Source: Vermamoeba vermiformis
Lineage: Eukaryota
Direction of reading: 5' to 3'
NCBI GenBank assembly: GCA_045837725.1
Contig: JBEWZL010000239.1
Span: 310,001-374,000 of the forward strand
Length of the DNA stretch: 64,000 bases
The notes below the pieces were generated by a model. The model saw only the letters and a program-made list of their open reading frames with translations, made no database searches and was not told the DNA's origin. How positions within the stretch are numbered: position 1 is the stretch's first letter; the number at the start of each line of letters is the position of its first letter. The position numbers and the translations under genes are program-made. This document shows, piece after piece, positions 1 through 12,800 of this stretch.

Positions 1-3000
1 TCAAACGCACGTACTCCTAATTTCATGAAATTAATATTCGCCGCGGCATGCATTGTAATTATAGTCACGTACTTGGAGTGCGATGAATTGCTTTTTCCTT
101 AAAAGGAAATAAGGGAAGGAAGTCTTCAGATCTTGTTTAAATTCACCCGTGCATTCGCTATAAAACCTCATTAATAAAAAGTACTATCATAATAATCCCA
201 GACTTACATCATTTCAACGAATGTCTGCACAAAAGGCTCCGTCAGTTCCCAGAAGTCAAATCGTTTGTCGTTGATGAAATCTTGCACGGCCTTGTGTTTG
301 GCGAATTGCGTCAAGAGCGGGTATTTCACTGAACGAGAGTAGTACTCGGTCAACGTCGTGAAGCCGTCGGTCTTGCGCGAGAAAGTAATTTTCTTGCGAC
401 CAGAAATATCAAGGTTCATAATTTGAGAGATGCTAGTCTCGACACTAACAACAGGTCAGTACGGATCCAAGACCGATATGAATTAGTTTGAGCTCAAACT
501 TACGAAGGAGCTGTGACGACGATATCGGCATGTTGTTTTGAGAGCCATTGAGCCAAGAAGGCTGATTTGAGGCTTGAAATCAATCGCGGCATGACCGAGA
601 CCGACAAATGTTGCACGGCACTGAAGGTCAGTGAGGGAGCCAACTACAAGCCCGTTAATATCAAGCAGTATTATTAGATACGATTAAAATACACGTACTC
701 TGTCTCGGCACCGCGCCATTAACAATACAACGAAGAACAAGTCGCGCAATAAGTTGAACTTGTTCTTGACGACTTGGCGGTAAGATCGAGCCAAGAACAC
801 CTCCATCATATCGCTGAAGAATAAGTCGCCAAAACTAGCATTAACGGGAGCATCTATCATTGCGTTAGTCCTTGATCAATAAGATATTAAGAGTGCGTAC
901 CGTTGAGTCGTGAGCTTGTGATCAGATCCAACATTTTGTTCACGGCACGCACGGGGTCTTTAATAGCACGCAATTTCTCGCTGAAAGTAATCATAAATGT
1001 CCTCAGAGCCAATTGCTGTTCTTTAGAGATGCCTTCTTGATCACTACACAAACGATGAGTACGTCGTTAGTACAATACTAAGATCTACGTACCCTGCTCT
1101 GGACAGCAACGCGATCAAGGGCAAAGCTGCTTCAGCCATGTCGACTAAATAATACAAGTCTTCTTCGAACGCAAACAAGGCGCTAGGACCAAGTTGTTGC
1201 GCAACAAAGTGCATGGACGACAAAAGATTCACGACGTCAGCGTTAATTGAAGGCTCGCTAGCGGCAGCAGGGCTACCGAGAGCTTCGAGTACTTGTTCAG
1301 TTGTGTTTGATGCGTACGAGAAGTAAGTTGAAATAGCTTCGACTGAAGAGCACGGTCTCAACACAGACACGCATGACTACGAAGAGAAAAGGTCAATATA
1401 TTATTGCTAAGGAAACAATGGCCAAGAAGGACTTACGCGCTTGACGACCGAGACAAAGCCGCTGTTTGGGTTAACAAATACTCCCAATGGTTGATTCTCA
1501 TCGAGCCAGCATCTAGCGACATTATGAGTACAAACTATCGTGCGTTGATATTGTTAGCTTACCTCAAACAGAACTGCAAGTACCGAGTCCAAATGGAGGC
1601 TTTGAATTGGAACAAGGCCTCGTCAGTCATGTCATCGACTGTCAGCTTTGTAGCGACTTCTTGTTGGACTTCATTGATGACCTCAGTCTTCAAGTTGAAG
1701 ATGTCGCTAGGTTTGTACGTCTGATTTGACTTGGTAAACTGTTCGTAAGCGCGGCACAGAGTGCTGAATGAGAAACGACCGGGCTCGAAGATTTTGTCGA
1801 TGAACACGTCCTAAGCAAAGCTATTAGCTACTATTCAATAATTATATGATATGCACGTACCTCGACGTTAACGAAGACAGCATTATCAAGAACGTCCAAC
1901 TCGTCATTAGGGTCTTCCAATACTGATTGGTTCCACTCGCTCGATTCGTGATCACTGAGCTTTTGTGGCAAGCTAGCGTGTTCAAGGGAGAAGTCTTCTT
2001 CGTCGTCAGAAACGCGACGATAAAGAGCCCAAATGGAGTCGTGAGTCAGTTGAAAATCAACGAGCTCGTCGTTGTCATAGTGCGAAACACCATCGTAGTC
2101 CAATGTGACTTGACCAGTGGTTTGGAACTCGCCAGAGAACGTTTGGAATTGTGATTGTGACTCGAGAGCCAAGAAAAATACGATGCGGAAATGAGCGGGG
2201 TTTCTTCGATCAGCCAAAAATTTCATTGCCTTGCGTTGGACTAATATTAATAGCAATTAGTAAGGCTCGAGACTAAGCCATTTTTGGCTTACTTTGGGCA
2301 GGCTCTTGGTTCTCCCAGCTCTCGGCCATGAGTGTCAATGAAGTGACCAAGGCTTTTTTGCGCACAGACCAGACACGCAGTTTATCAGTGCTCAAAGCAA
2401 AGATGAACACATCGTCGCCATAACCGTGCACGGCCAAATGCTCCACGTAGTTGCTGTGAGACCTGTCATAAAACCACGTGTCAGAAAATGTCTCACTTTA
2501 AATGTCAACAATGACAAGTGTCATACTTGGACAAAGCAGCGGGCAACAATCCGTTCCAAAGTTTCTTGATCACAGAGGCTTCTTTGAGCTCCATTTCAGC
2601 GTGCACTAGTTGTCCGCTGACGTGGCCAATGTCGTCCATTTCCACGCACACGACAGTGCCGCCATTGCAGCCCAAGACAACAGTGTTCTGATTGATGACA
2701 CACAACGTCGCAGGTGTCAAATGTCTGCACACCGAGGGCACGATGTGCTCGGGGGCTGTGAGCCAGTCCAACGAAGTTTGAGCGAAAATAGAGTCGTATA
2801 TTTGTTCGTTATCAAATTGAAGCTAGAAGAGTAAGGTTAACCAGATCCGCATTATAGTAAGTGTTTGTTAGTCTACGTACTGCTTGGTTCAATGAGTCAG
2901 GGTGTGTGAATACAAATCTGAAAACTTTGTTGTTATCTGTTGCCACGAATATTACTACACAACGTTGACTTCTATTTGTGACTTCAAAAAATGCTACATC

Positions 3001-3511
3001 TGGGATTATATTATGGCCAAATCGTATTCTAAAATAAGATTAATTAATAAATAGTATGATAAATATTTCTAAGCTAATACCTTATAGCATTTCCTCTCAG
3101 TTTGAGATCAAACGAGACTTCACAAAGATCCAAAGAGTCGCCATAAACACGCCTAATTTTTATTAATTAATATATCCAGATATTATTACATTATTAGCAA
3201 ATTATTGCTCGGGCGTGTATCGAAAAGTTATAATTTTTTCGCAACGATAAATAAAATATCCAAGGACACTTGGTAACCCCAAATAGCCCGCTAATATTTA
3301 TATAAAATAGTAATATTATTTACCAAATAATTGATCGATTTCTAGTCCATGGCGAGTTGCTTCGGTAGTAAAATCCTGATCCAAACTCTCTGATATTTTC
3401 ATTAACTAATGGTGCGTCAGATGGCAGACTAAATTCCCTCCAATCGCCCACTGCTTCAAATGGAGGCAAATTAACCTCTTTATAAATCCCAGTTCCTCTT
3501 TCTGTCGTCAT
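1..3511 (-). CDS. NUP160: Nucleoporin Nup160/Nup120-like, multi-exon, runs off the left end of the window
   Basis: N-terminus MTTERGTGIYKEV...NRSIIW, then beta-propeller-like exons (..DKLRVWS..) followed by helical exons. GT-AG introns link the short minus-strand ORFs at 204-3577. Confidence 0.7.
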
Positions 3512-3921
3512 CCTCAGCTTGGTGGGTGGATCTGCAATCGAGCAATACACTATTCGAGCTATAAAAATATATAACAACTCGGTGATAACAGGACAGTAGT
3601 GTTTTGCTCGAACTGAAGTACGAACAAAATGGAAAACAAATATTTAATTTTTTAAATAACCAGATTTCATTTTGTTTCCGCTCCCCCTCGTGCTATTCCC
3701 GTAATATTGATAGTTCAGGCAAAAGTACACCTGTAGATAATAAATCGCGAATTAGAAGGTTAAGCACCTAAACCCTCGGATGACGTTCAATCCGTGGATC
3801 AACCGGCCAAGCTGGCTCGAGCCTCCAATATTCTCAATCGTAATACTGAACATACGGCAACAAGACAACATGAAAGAATAATGTTCTGTTTGCCAGAAAA
3901 CGATTTGTTGAAAGGAATTCA

Positions 3922-3955
3922 TTTCCCGCGCAAAAATTCAAAAGGCATAACGGCT
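3922..3955 (+). promoter_or_regulatory. Candidate cell-cycle promoter module: E2F-like TTTCCCGCG, reverse CHR-like TTCAAA and MSA/MYB-like AACGG
   Basis: The motifs cluster about 100-135 nt upstream of the cyclin B ATG. They are short, so function is inferred. Confidence 0.35.
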
Positions 3956-4056
3956 AGTTTGGAAAATAAAACCAAAAAATCTTATTTTGGGCAGTTCGAA
4001 ACAGTCCGATTAGCCACTGCTCGTTGTAGCATATTACTAAATATTTGTATATTATA

Positions 4057-5605
4057 ATGTCCTTATTATCCAACAAGACTCGAGTCCTCGGGGCCGCATC
4101 CACTACTCGCGTGGTCTCAGCCAAGCCAATCAATGATGAAAATGTTGGCATTGGCAACGGAGCCAAGCGTGTTGCTACCCGCAGTGCTGCTCCCCTGCAA
4201 AACATCACTAACTTGTCGAAGGATCAAACCAAGAAGCCCGTCTTGAAGGTACAGTGATGATTCATTTTCAAATCCAGCGCTAAAATAAATTCAAAAATAA
4301 ATTATTAATTAATTCAATATTTAGCCCCTCGGCACTTCAACCTCCACTGGCTTGTCTGCCAAAACCAGCCAATCCTCAGCCTCAACATCTGCTGCAGCCA
4401 GCAACAGAGTTCGTGTTTTTGGTAAACCCGTTACTCAATCAAATGCCTTGAAGCCCAAGAGTGTCAAGCCCCTCGCCACGACCAGTGCTATTGCCGCTCC
4501 TCGTCAGAGCGAGCATAATAACCTCATTACTCCCATGTCGATCGGATTTGGTGAAGATATTATGGATAAGGAGAACGTTGAGCCAATGTTGATTGATGAG
4601 ATGGAAGAGGACTTCTTGGAAGAAGCTGATGATATTGATTATGGTGATAGAGACGACCCTCAATGCGTTACTGAATACGTGAACCAAATCTACGAGTACC
4701 TTCGAGAAAAAGAGGCAAGTTCACGTTAAATACCGCAAAAACATTAGTAATATACTGTTGCCCACGCAGTGGCTATATTTTAAATTTTAACATAAGGCGG
4801 GAAAGTTTCTAACGACTAGTTTTCCGGATGTAGATGCGTGATGCTGTTCTTCCTAGCTTCATGACCAACCAGATCGATGTCAACGAAAAGATGCGCGGTA
4901 TCTTGATCGATTGGCTCGCGGAAGTTCACTTAAAGTTCAATCTGCTGCCTGAAACTTATTTCTTGGCTTGCAACATTTTGGATCACTACCTTAGCGTTGC
5001 TCAAGTTGCCCGAAGCCAACTTCAACTCGTTGGTGTTACTTCTATGCTTATTGCGTCCAAGTACGAGGAGATCTACCCTCCTGAAGTCAACGACTACGTC
5101 TTCGTCACTGACAACACTTACACTCGTGACGAGATCCTCGAGAAGGAAGGAGAGATTCTCAACACTCTTAACTTCAACTTGACCTACCCCTCTATGCTCC
5201 ACTTCTTGCGCCGCTTCAGCAAGGCTGGTCAATCTGACTACCTGACACACACTCTTTGCAAGTACCTAATCGAGTTGAGCACTTTGGACGTCAAGATGTA
5301 CAAGTACTTGCCCTCTCAAATCGCAGCTGCCGCAGTCTACCTCTCACGCAAGATGGTTGGCGTTCCTAGCTGGGTAAGTTGTCTTTAAAACGAATCTGCA
5401 TCCGAAATTGGTCGCTAATATTAGTTAACAGAACTCTACCCTCCAGAAGTACTCTACCTATTCTGAAGAAGGTATCAAGCCCTGCGCCATTGCCTTGAAC
5501 GATTTGCTGAAGAAGATGCAGAGCTCCACTTTGCAATCCGTCATCCGCAAGTACTCGCACAAGAAGTTCGGTTGCGTCGCTCAAATCGAATTGATCGATA
5601 TCTAA
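4057..5605 (+). CDS. cycB: G2/M B-type cyclin, 4 exons (4057-4248, 4325-4714, 4834-5373, 5432-5605)
   Basis: D-box-like RSAAPLQNITN, cyclin box MRGILIDWLAEVHLKF, LQLVGVTSMLIASKYEEIYPP and FLRRFSKA. Confidence 0.95.
4715..4833 (+). other. Non-canonical GC-AG intron
   Basis: GAG|GCAAGT ... CTAAC ... TAG|ATG joins YLREKE to MRDAVLP in frame. Confidence 0.8.
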
Positions 5606-5838
5606 ACGATGCAACGTGCTTCAGTGGCACCATATTTATAAATAGCCCGATGTGCTTCTTTGGTCAGTTAGGATCTGACGCAAGAAGAACTTCGATTTTG
5701 TACAGTAATAAAACAACCCTTCGAAATACATTGGCATCCTATCCTAAGTACCTACAATATACAGTAGCGTGTAGTATTAATGCTAAGAGTATTATTTCGT
5801 GGCGAGTAAGGGTTAGCGAGATCCGATCGACCTATCGT

Positions 5839-7018
5839 TTATTTGTTGTGGAGCTGATAGCCCTTCAAGGTATTCTGTAATAACATAGCAATAGTCATGG
5901 GACCAACACCTCCAGGAACAGGGGTAATTCGTCCAGCAACTTCGTGTACACCTTGGTAGTCCACATCTCCAACAAGACGATAGCCATTAGGACGAGTAGC
6001 GTCGTCGATAGAGTTGATACCGACGTCAATAACAACAGCGCCTGGCTTAACCCAATCTTTCTTAACCTATTATAGCAAATAAGGTATTAATTAGAATTTT
6101 TGTAACGAGTTTGAATCCGGATGCGGGTTTGGACTTACCATTTGGGCTTTGCCAACGGCAGCGACGATAATATCAGCTTGACGCACCATATCAGGCAAGT
6201 TCTCAGTTCGAGAATGGCAAACAGTGACAGTAGCGCTCTCTTGCAAAAGCAACAAAGCCATCGGAACACCGACAATGTTAGATCTGCCCAAAACTACGGC
6301 GTGCTTGCCAGCAACGGGTATATTCAATCTCTTAAGGAGTTCCATGCAGCCCTTAGGAGTGCAGGGAACAAATTTGGCTTCGTGTCCTTTCAACGCGATC
6401 GCACCTTTAGAACACAAAAAAAGTATTAGCTCAGATATTAATAGTTACGGCTAATAATTATAAATATATATAATATTAAATAAATATTTACCAATATTTT
6501 CGGGGTGGAAGCCATCGACGTCCTTTGCGGGATCTACAGTCAATAAAACAGTCTTCTCATTTACGTGGGCAGGCAATGGTAACTGAACCAAGATACCGTC
6601 GACATTTGCATCGGCATTGAGCTCCTTAACTATTTAAAATTGTTACTAAGGTCCGGCTCGAGCCGCATAGATCCAACAGAAAAATTAATTGAAAAATTTT
6701 CCGACAATAACAAAAATATCTTCGTAATTAATTATGTTAAATATTATTAATATTTTACCAACCTGCATTAATAATATCGTCTTGCGTGCATTGATCTCCT
6801 AATTTTTTCAATACAAAGTGGATGCCAGCTTCTACGCAAGCTTTCTGTTTCATATTTACATAAGTAGTCGAGTCTTTACGATCTCCAACGAGAATAACAC
6901 CAATTCCTGGAACTCGTTTGCCGGCTGCCTTCAGACTTTCGACTTCTTTCTTGATTTCAGCACGGATCTGACCGCCAATAGCCACACCGTCAATTCGCTT
7001 AGGATCTACTTCGGCCAT
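5839..7018 (-). CDS. folD: Bifunctional methylenetetrahydrofolate dehydrogenase/cyclohydrolase
   Basis: [45 protein letters not shown] and [11 protein letters not shown] across 4 exons. Confidence 0.95.
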
Positions 7019-7178
7019 ATTTATATTATGAGGCTTTTGTGGTTGTTTGTAATATTTAGATTGAATATTTTGCAAAGAGATGATTTTTAATGAACGGGAA
7101 TTATGCGGTGTCAAAATTCCCTTGCAAATTGTTGTTCTGATATTGCTTAACCTAGTATATATTGTACATAATAGCATC

Positions 7179-9311
7179 ATGCTTCGTAATGTAATTCGGA
7201 GCGTTTCAAAAGTTGGGTCGCAGATTCGATCGACTTCCAGGTTGTTTGTAGTTAAAACGTCAAAGCAAAATAGACGAAAATATTCGACAGATAACGAAGT
7301 AAATGATAATGAACAAGTAGGCCCGCCTAAAAATGCATCTGCGGAGGATTTAGAGCAATGGATGAAAAGTAGACCTGTTGCCAAGAACGTAAGTTCCCTA
7401 AAATTTCAAAAATATTTTATTTTTATTTTTTGCGTACTATAAACTACTAATATTGGGCAAATTTGTCTTGACAGCCTTATTGAAAATTAAAAATAATGTT
7501 TGTCGTTGGTGATCTCACTTTGATTTTCATACAACATTACACAATGAGATTATTTTGGTACTAAAAATTAAATTGTAGAGAAAGGTATTGATTGTAGGAA
7601 CAGACATTGGCGCGTTCACTCTGGGTAAGTAACAAATGATGGATCAAGTTTAATCGCTAATTTTTATTAACGTAGCCTTGAGTTTGCAAGCAAAAGGAAT
7701 TAAACCGGATTTTATTGACCCTAAGGGAGACTATTTAAGTTTTTTCGAAGGTAAATCGGTTCGTACAATTCAAATCAAAATTTTGCTGATCTGTTCTACT
7801 TTTTGCTATTAGAGAAAGGAGCCTTTATTTCAGTGAATACTGCAAAGGTATTGGACGATTTAGGCCTGTTTTCTGAAGTCGAAAAATTCTGTAAGTAGTC
7901 TTATTGAATTATACTAAGCCGAGTTCTAATATCAAAAACATAGCTGCTCCGATTGATGGCTGGTACAGAATGGACAGTCAAGGCAATCCATTTGGCGGAA
8001 TTAATTACAATCATTTCACTATGGTCCACAAATATAGAACATACGGCGTTGAATTGCGAAGGTTATATCAAGTAAGAAATTTAGTTTTGAAATCAATGTG
8101 AGGAGGGTACTTTTAACGCATGTAGTTCTTAGAGGCAAAACTTGGCGAAGGTCCTATGCCTATCCATATAAAGAAGGGGGTGAACTTAATTAAGGCCGAT
8201 AGAAAAATAGCTGAAAGAAAAAATTTGCCTGCAAAACCAGTGCTCGAAACAACGCTGTCCAACGGTGAAATGAAATATTACGACGTTGTTGTGGCAGCCG
8301 ATGGACCTCATTCAAGCGTAAGAATATGAATATATATAAGACATTACTATCATATATCGTACTGTGTGTATAACACGTGCATTTCAGACCCGTCAATTGT
8401 TGGTGGATCCGAAGAAATTTTTGGTGTTCCCGTACTGCGGCAGATGGAACATTATTATCAACAGACCACCTACAGTGCCTGCTGGAATAGCGTTTGAAAT
8501 GTGGGGCAATGGCAAGCGAGTCGGTGTACATCCAGTTGCAGATGATAAGTTGTACGTGTGGGGCACCTATCGTATTCCTAATGACAAGAGCGAGTACCAT
8601 CGTCGTACAATTGCAACGCAATTCATCAGCCATTACAACGATTTTGGAGGATATTTCCCTGCTATTGCTGAAGAGATGCAAAAGGTACGGCGGAAGATCT
8701 GTACTTTAGGATCTTGATCTGACAGAGTTTTATCCTATTTTAGAAAGTTAACTGCATCGAAGACAAGTTGTTTGATGTGCGAGGCGCTATGATTGCGAAT
8801 AATACAGTTGTTATTGGAGAAGCATCGCATTGTCTAGTACCAGTCTTTAACGGTCAAGTACGTAGATCTATTTCGTATTCGGCTAAATACTAAAAATACG
8901 TGTACTTATAAATTCTTAGAATTTAGCGTTGTCTGCGGAAGACGGAAGAATTCTCGGAGAAGTGTTGAGTTTAGGACGTAAGTTGATCCGGTTTGATCTG
9001 CATCTTTACGACACTTTTTGTACTTTCTATTGATACTCATATACATATTTACTATAATAGGCCTATCATTCCCTCAAGCACAAAATGCATATTCATTTGT
9101 ACGAAGACCGCGTGTTCAGATCATTCAAAAAGAAGCGACCAAGTGGGGTCTGATCGCACAACGAACTTTAAGTCCGTTCCGATTAAAAATTCGCGATTTT
9201 ATGCTCAAATGGTCTAGCTCATCGTCTGCCATGTCTAAGCTTGAACACCGAATGTTGGGCTATGATAAGACTTTGCTAAAGGAGCTGGCTAAGACGCCTC
9301 CAAAACAATAA
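7179..9311 (+). CDS. FAD-dependent monooxygenase-like protein with a probable mitochondrial presequence; multi-exon
   Basis: Basic/Ser-rich N-terminus; KVLIVGTDIGA (degenerate GxGxxG), DVVVAADGPHS and IGEASH..P..GQ..AEDG motifs. Confidence 0.75.
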
Positions 9312-9486
9312 AAACTCATTCAGCGAACAAAACTAAAAACTTATAGCTCGCCTTATTATTCATAACGTATCCTTGAGTTATTTTTTGGTACAAAATGTCT
9401 TTAGTCAGTGTCTTTTTATGGATATTTATTAGGTTGGTTCTTCATTAAATTTTTAGCAATTACAATTTTCGAACACAACAGCACAA

Positions 9487-9717
9487 ATGAATATCTACCT
9501 TAAAACTATCACGAATAAAACAATGCCGTTTAAGGTCCAGCCTACAGACACGCTAAAGATGTTGCAACAGCAGCTGGAAGAAAGAGAAGGCTTGCCTCCA
9601 CAGTACGCCAGAATGATTTACAATGGCAAACGAATGGACGATCCTGAAAAAACTATGGAAGACTACGGACTAAAAGAAGATGCTGTTGTGCATATTATGG
9701 CGGGCGGAGGAAAATAA
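9487..9717 (+). CDS. Ubiquitin/NEDD8-like small protein, intronless, 76 aa
   Basis: Beta-grasp pattern (IYLKTITNK, EEREGLPP, RMIYNGK, DYGL); C-terminus AGGGK. Confidence 0.85.
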   Translation: MNIYLKTITNKTMPFKVQPTDTLKMLQQQLEEREGLPPQYARMIYNGKRMDDPEKTMEDYGLKEDAVVHIMAGGGK

Positions 9718-9826
9718 ATTATTCAAATTTAATTTTAATTTTGCAACCTTTAATTACTAGTTAACGATATCTTAGCGTCATTTAATGATACATGCTATTT
9801 ATTCTAGAAAAAAGATCTTGTTATTT

Positions 9827-12800
9827 TTACAAGTCAGCGAACGGATCGTGTTGGGTCGGATTCGCCGGTGTGAACGTTAACTTTTGATTTTGCTGTTGTG
9901 CTTGCGCGTTATATTGGAACTGTGCCGAGCTGTTGCTGCTCAAGAAATCAAAGTCATTGTTCTGCGAGAACTGCACTTGGAACGTCGGTTGCTGTTGCTG
10001 CGCGAAAAACTGATTTTGTTGCATTTGATTGAAGTTATTGCCAGCGTTATTATACATCATAGGGCTAGGCTGTTGAGGTTGCTGATAATTTCCAAACGCC
10101 ATAGGGTTCTGTTGGAAGTTAATGCCCATCAACGGATTGTTATTGTTAATGTTCATGTTGTTCGGTGACGGTGCCATAGCAACTTGTGGCCTATTGTCCA
10201 AAGACAGGTTCACTAACTGACCGCTGAGCAAGTTGTCAGACGATTGTACTCGGTGGCCAGTCGGTGTTCGACGGCCGCTGCGTGGAGATTTCGGCGAGGG
10301 TTGAGAGTTGAAGGCCAACGAATCATCGCCCTTCCACTCTTTGTACTCATACTTGGATCTGATAAATCTCTCCAAGTCACTACAAGATCGTTATTAGTAT
10401 ATCGTACTAGAGCATATTAAATCGACATACGTTTGGTTGCTGTTCTTATTGGGCTTGTTGTACGTTGACGGCAATTTAGCTTCCCATACAAGTTTGGCAC
10501 GTGCGTTGCCGATAGCAGCCACAGTCTAAATAATACAACGTATTAATATCACATATCTCTTATTGACGTGAGTGTGTACCTCAACTTGTTTCGGGGTCCA
10601 GACGTCCAGTTCAGTGGAGCGTACTTGCGAGATGTGAGTGCCAAGACCTCGGTGCACACCAGCACATCTGTAGCAAATGAAGATTCCCAAGTTGATTGAG
10701 GCCCACGTAGGATCTAATAGCAGTACAATCAGTATAATTGGTATCGATATAAGTATTCGTTAAGTGCTTACTCTTATCACTACATTCGGCGCAGTGGTCG
10801 TTGCCAGGTTCCTTGAGCAGTTGCGTCAAAGTGACAGCATTCTCTTCATTGCCCTTAACATCCTTCAATCGCTCTTCAGCTGAGAGGCCGGCTGATTTTC
10901 TCAAGTCGGTCGGGGTGTGCAAGTTAGAATTACTCGAGGACGAAGCCATTGGTGGTGACACCTGCAAGTTGATTGGCATGGCGGCTCGTTTCTCTGTTAT
11001 ATATACATATGAGTATTGCGTTCGTGACACTCGTTTAATTATATTAGAAGGTACCTTTAAAGCCTGAGAAGTCGTCACTGTTGACACCTTTAACGTGACG
11101 AGTGGTGCGTCGTGCAGGAGGTGGAGTGAGCACCAGTGATTGAGTGAGTGAAGGTGATTGGTGCACTTGTTGGGCTTGCAATTGACCGTTCCAGCTGGCG
11201 GGTTGAGGAGGCGAATTGGCAGGGATTATCTAAAGTGACACGTGTCAATCAGAGTACTCTGTAGCATACACATTACGAGCTGGGCTTACCAATTGAGTTT
11301 GGGGTTGTAAAGACTGTTGGGGCTGAGGCTGTTGTACAAACGGTGGCTGGACATTAGCTGGTCTTGGTGAGAACACGAGGTGGTAAAGTCGCAACATCTC
11401 AATGTCGTCTTTGTCTTTCTTATCGTAGATAGCCAAGCGAGGAAGAGCGTTGATTGGTTCGTTCATCGCATAGACCTCGGGATTAATGGACTTGGGCAAG
11501 CCGGTCGCAGAAGCAGCGTTCAGGTCAGGAACTTCAGCCAAGTTAGGAATGTCAATGGTCATGGCTGACACGAAGACCTCCTTGGACTTCATAAAGAACA
11601 CGCGCATAGTTTTGTACAAGACTGAGTATCGATCGATTTGTTCAGTGAAATCCACGCCGGTGGCTAAAACATTGTTAGTCACGTGACACCTTTCACAACC
11701 AAAATCTACGTACCCTGAAGCTTCTTCAAACTGTATTGAGTGACTAAATAGACAGAGTAGGTCTCGTTCAATAGGGGCAACAAGCAGCTGTGAATAGCTT
11801 CAGTAGTGTTGAGATCGAAGTGCGTGTCCAAGAGGTGTTGCAGCACACCAAGCACGGCTTCCCAAAGGTTCAATAACTCGCCCAAAACTGATCGTCTAAT
11901 GGGCGATGACGAGCCACCAATCTTCAGCTTTTTGTTTTGTTCACGAAGAGACTTAATGTAATAGTCAAGCGACAAGTTGCCTTCGTACGGCGTGTAGTTC
12001 TCGGAGAACGTAATCTTTTGCAAAATCAAGTTCAAATACTTCACAACAAGGGCCGACAGTTCTAATACGGAATTGTTAAGTATCGCGTTATTATTCAATT
12101 AATGATGTGTACCAGTTCTGTTTTGTTGCCAGATAGTGAGCAGTGTGCCGAAGAAAGGTTCACGTGCGATGGTCTCTTGCAGGACCTTAGGCGAGCCTTC
12201 TTGAATGAGACTGTGCACGACAATGAGTGACTTCAAGCACACTAAGGGGTCTTTCTTCGAAGGCAATCGTTCCATAATTTTGTACAATTCTCCTTGGGCG
12301 TAGTCTCGTTTCCAAGTCTCCAAAATAATTTCTAGTAAATGGTTAGTAACGAATAATTGCTTTAAAGGTCTATACTTACGTCTTAGAATCTTTCGAGTCG
12401 GAGGGGTGCTATGATCACAAGTAGCTTTCTCAATCAAATTGGACATTCTCGTTGCATCGAACAACATCGCGCCATAATCCGCATTCGAGTCACTGCTAGA
12501 ACGACGGTGACTGCCCCAATCTTCACTGGCGCGCAGGACTTGTGGCGAGGGTATTGCCGAGGCCGGCGTGGAGACGTTGTTGTGAGGTGAAGGCATTGCA
12601 GTTTGATTGGCGTATTGGTTGAGCAAGACCTCTTTTAAGAAAGTTGGACTTTCTGAGTGCGAGACAGAACGTCTATTGTGAGGTATTAATATACGTTACT
12701 ATATCATACAAACGGATGATAATTTACCTGTGGGAGCTTCTCGGCTTCAGCGAGGCTTGCACGGGTTGTGAGGGCTGCAAGACATTTACAGGCGTAGAAT

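Noticed and set aside
3767-3777. Telomere- or telo-box-like CCTAAACCCT
   Set aside because: It is a single imperfect copy, expected by chance.
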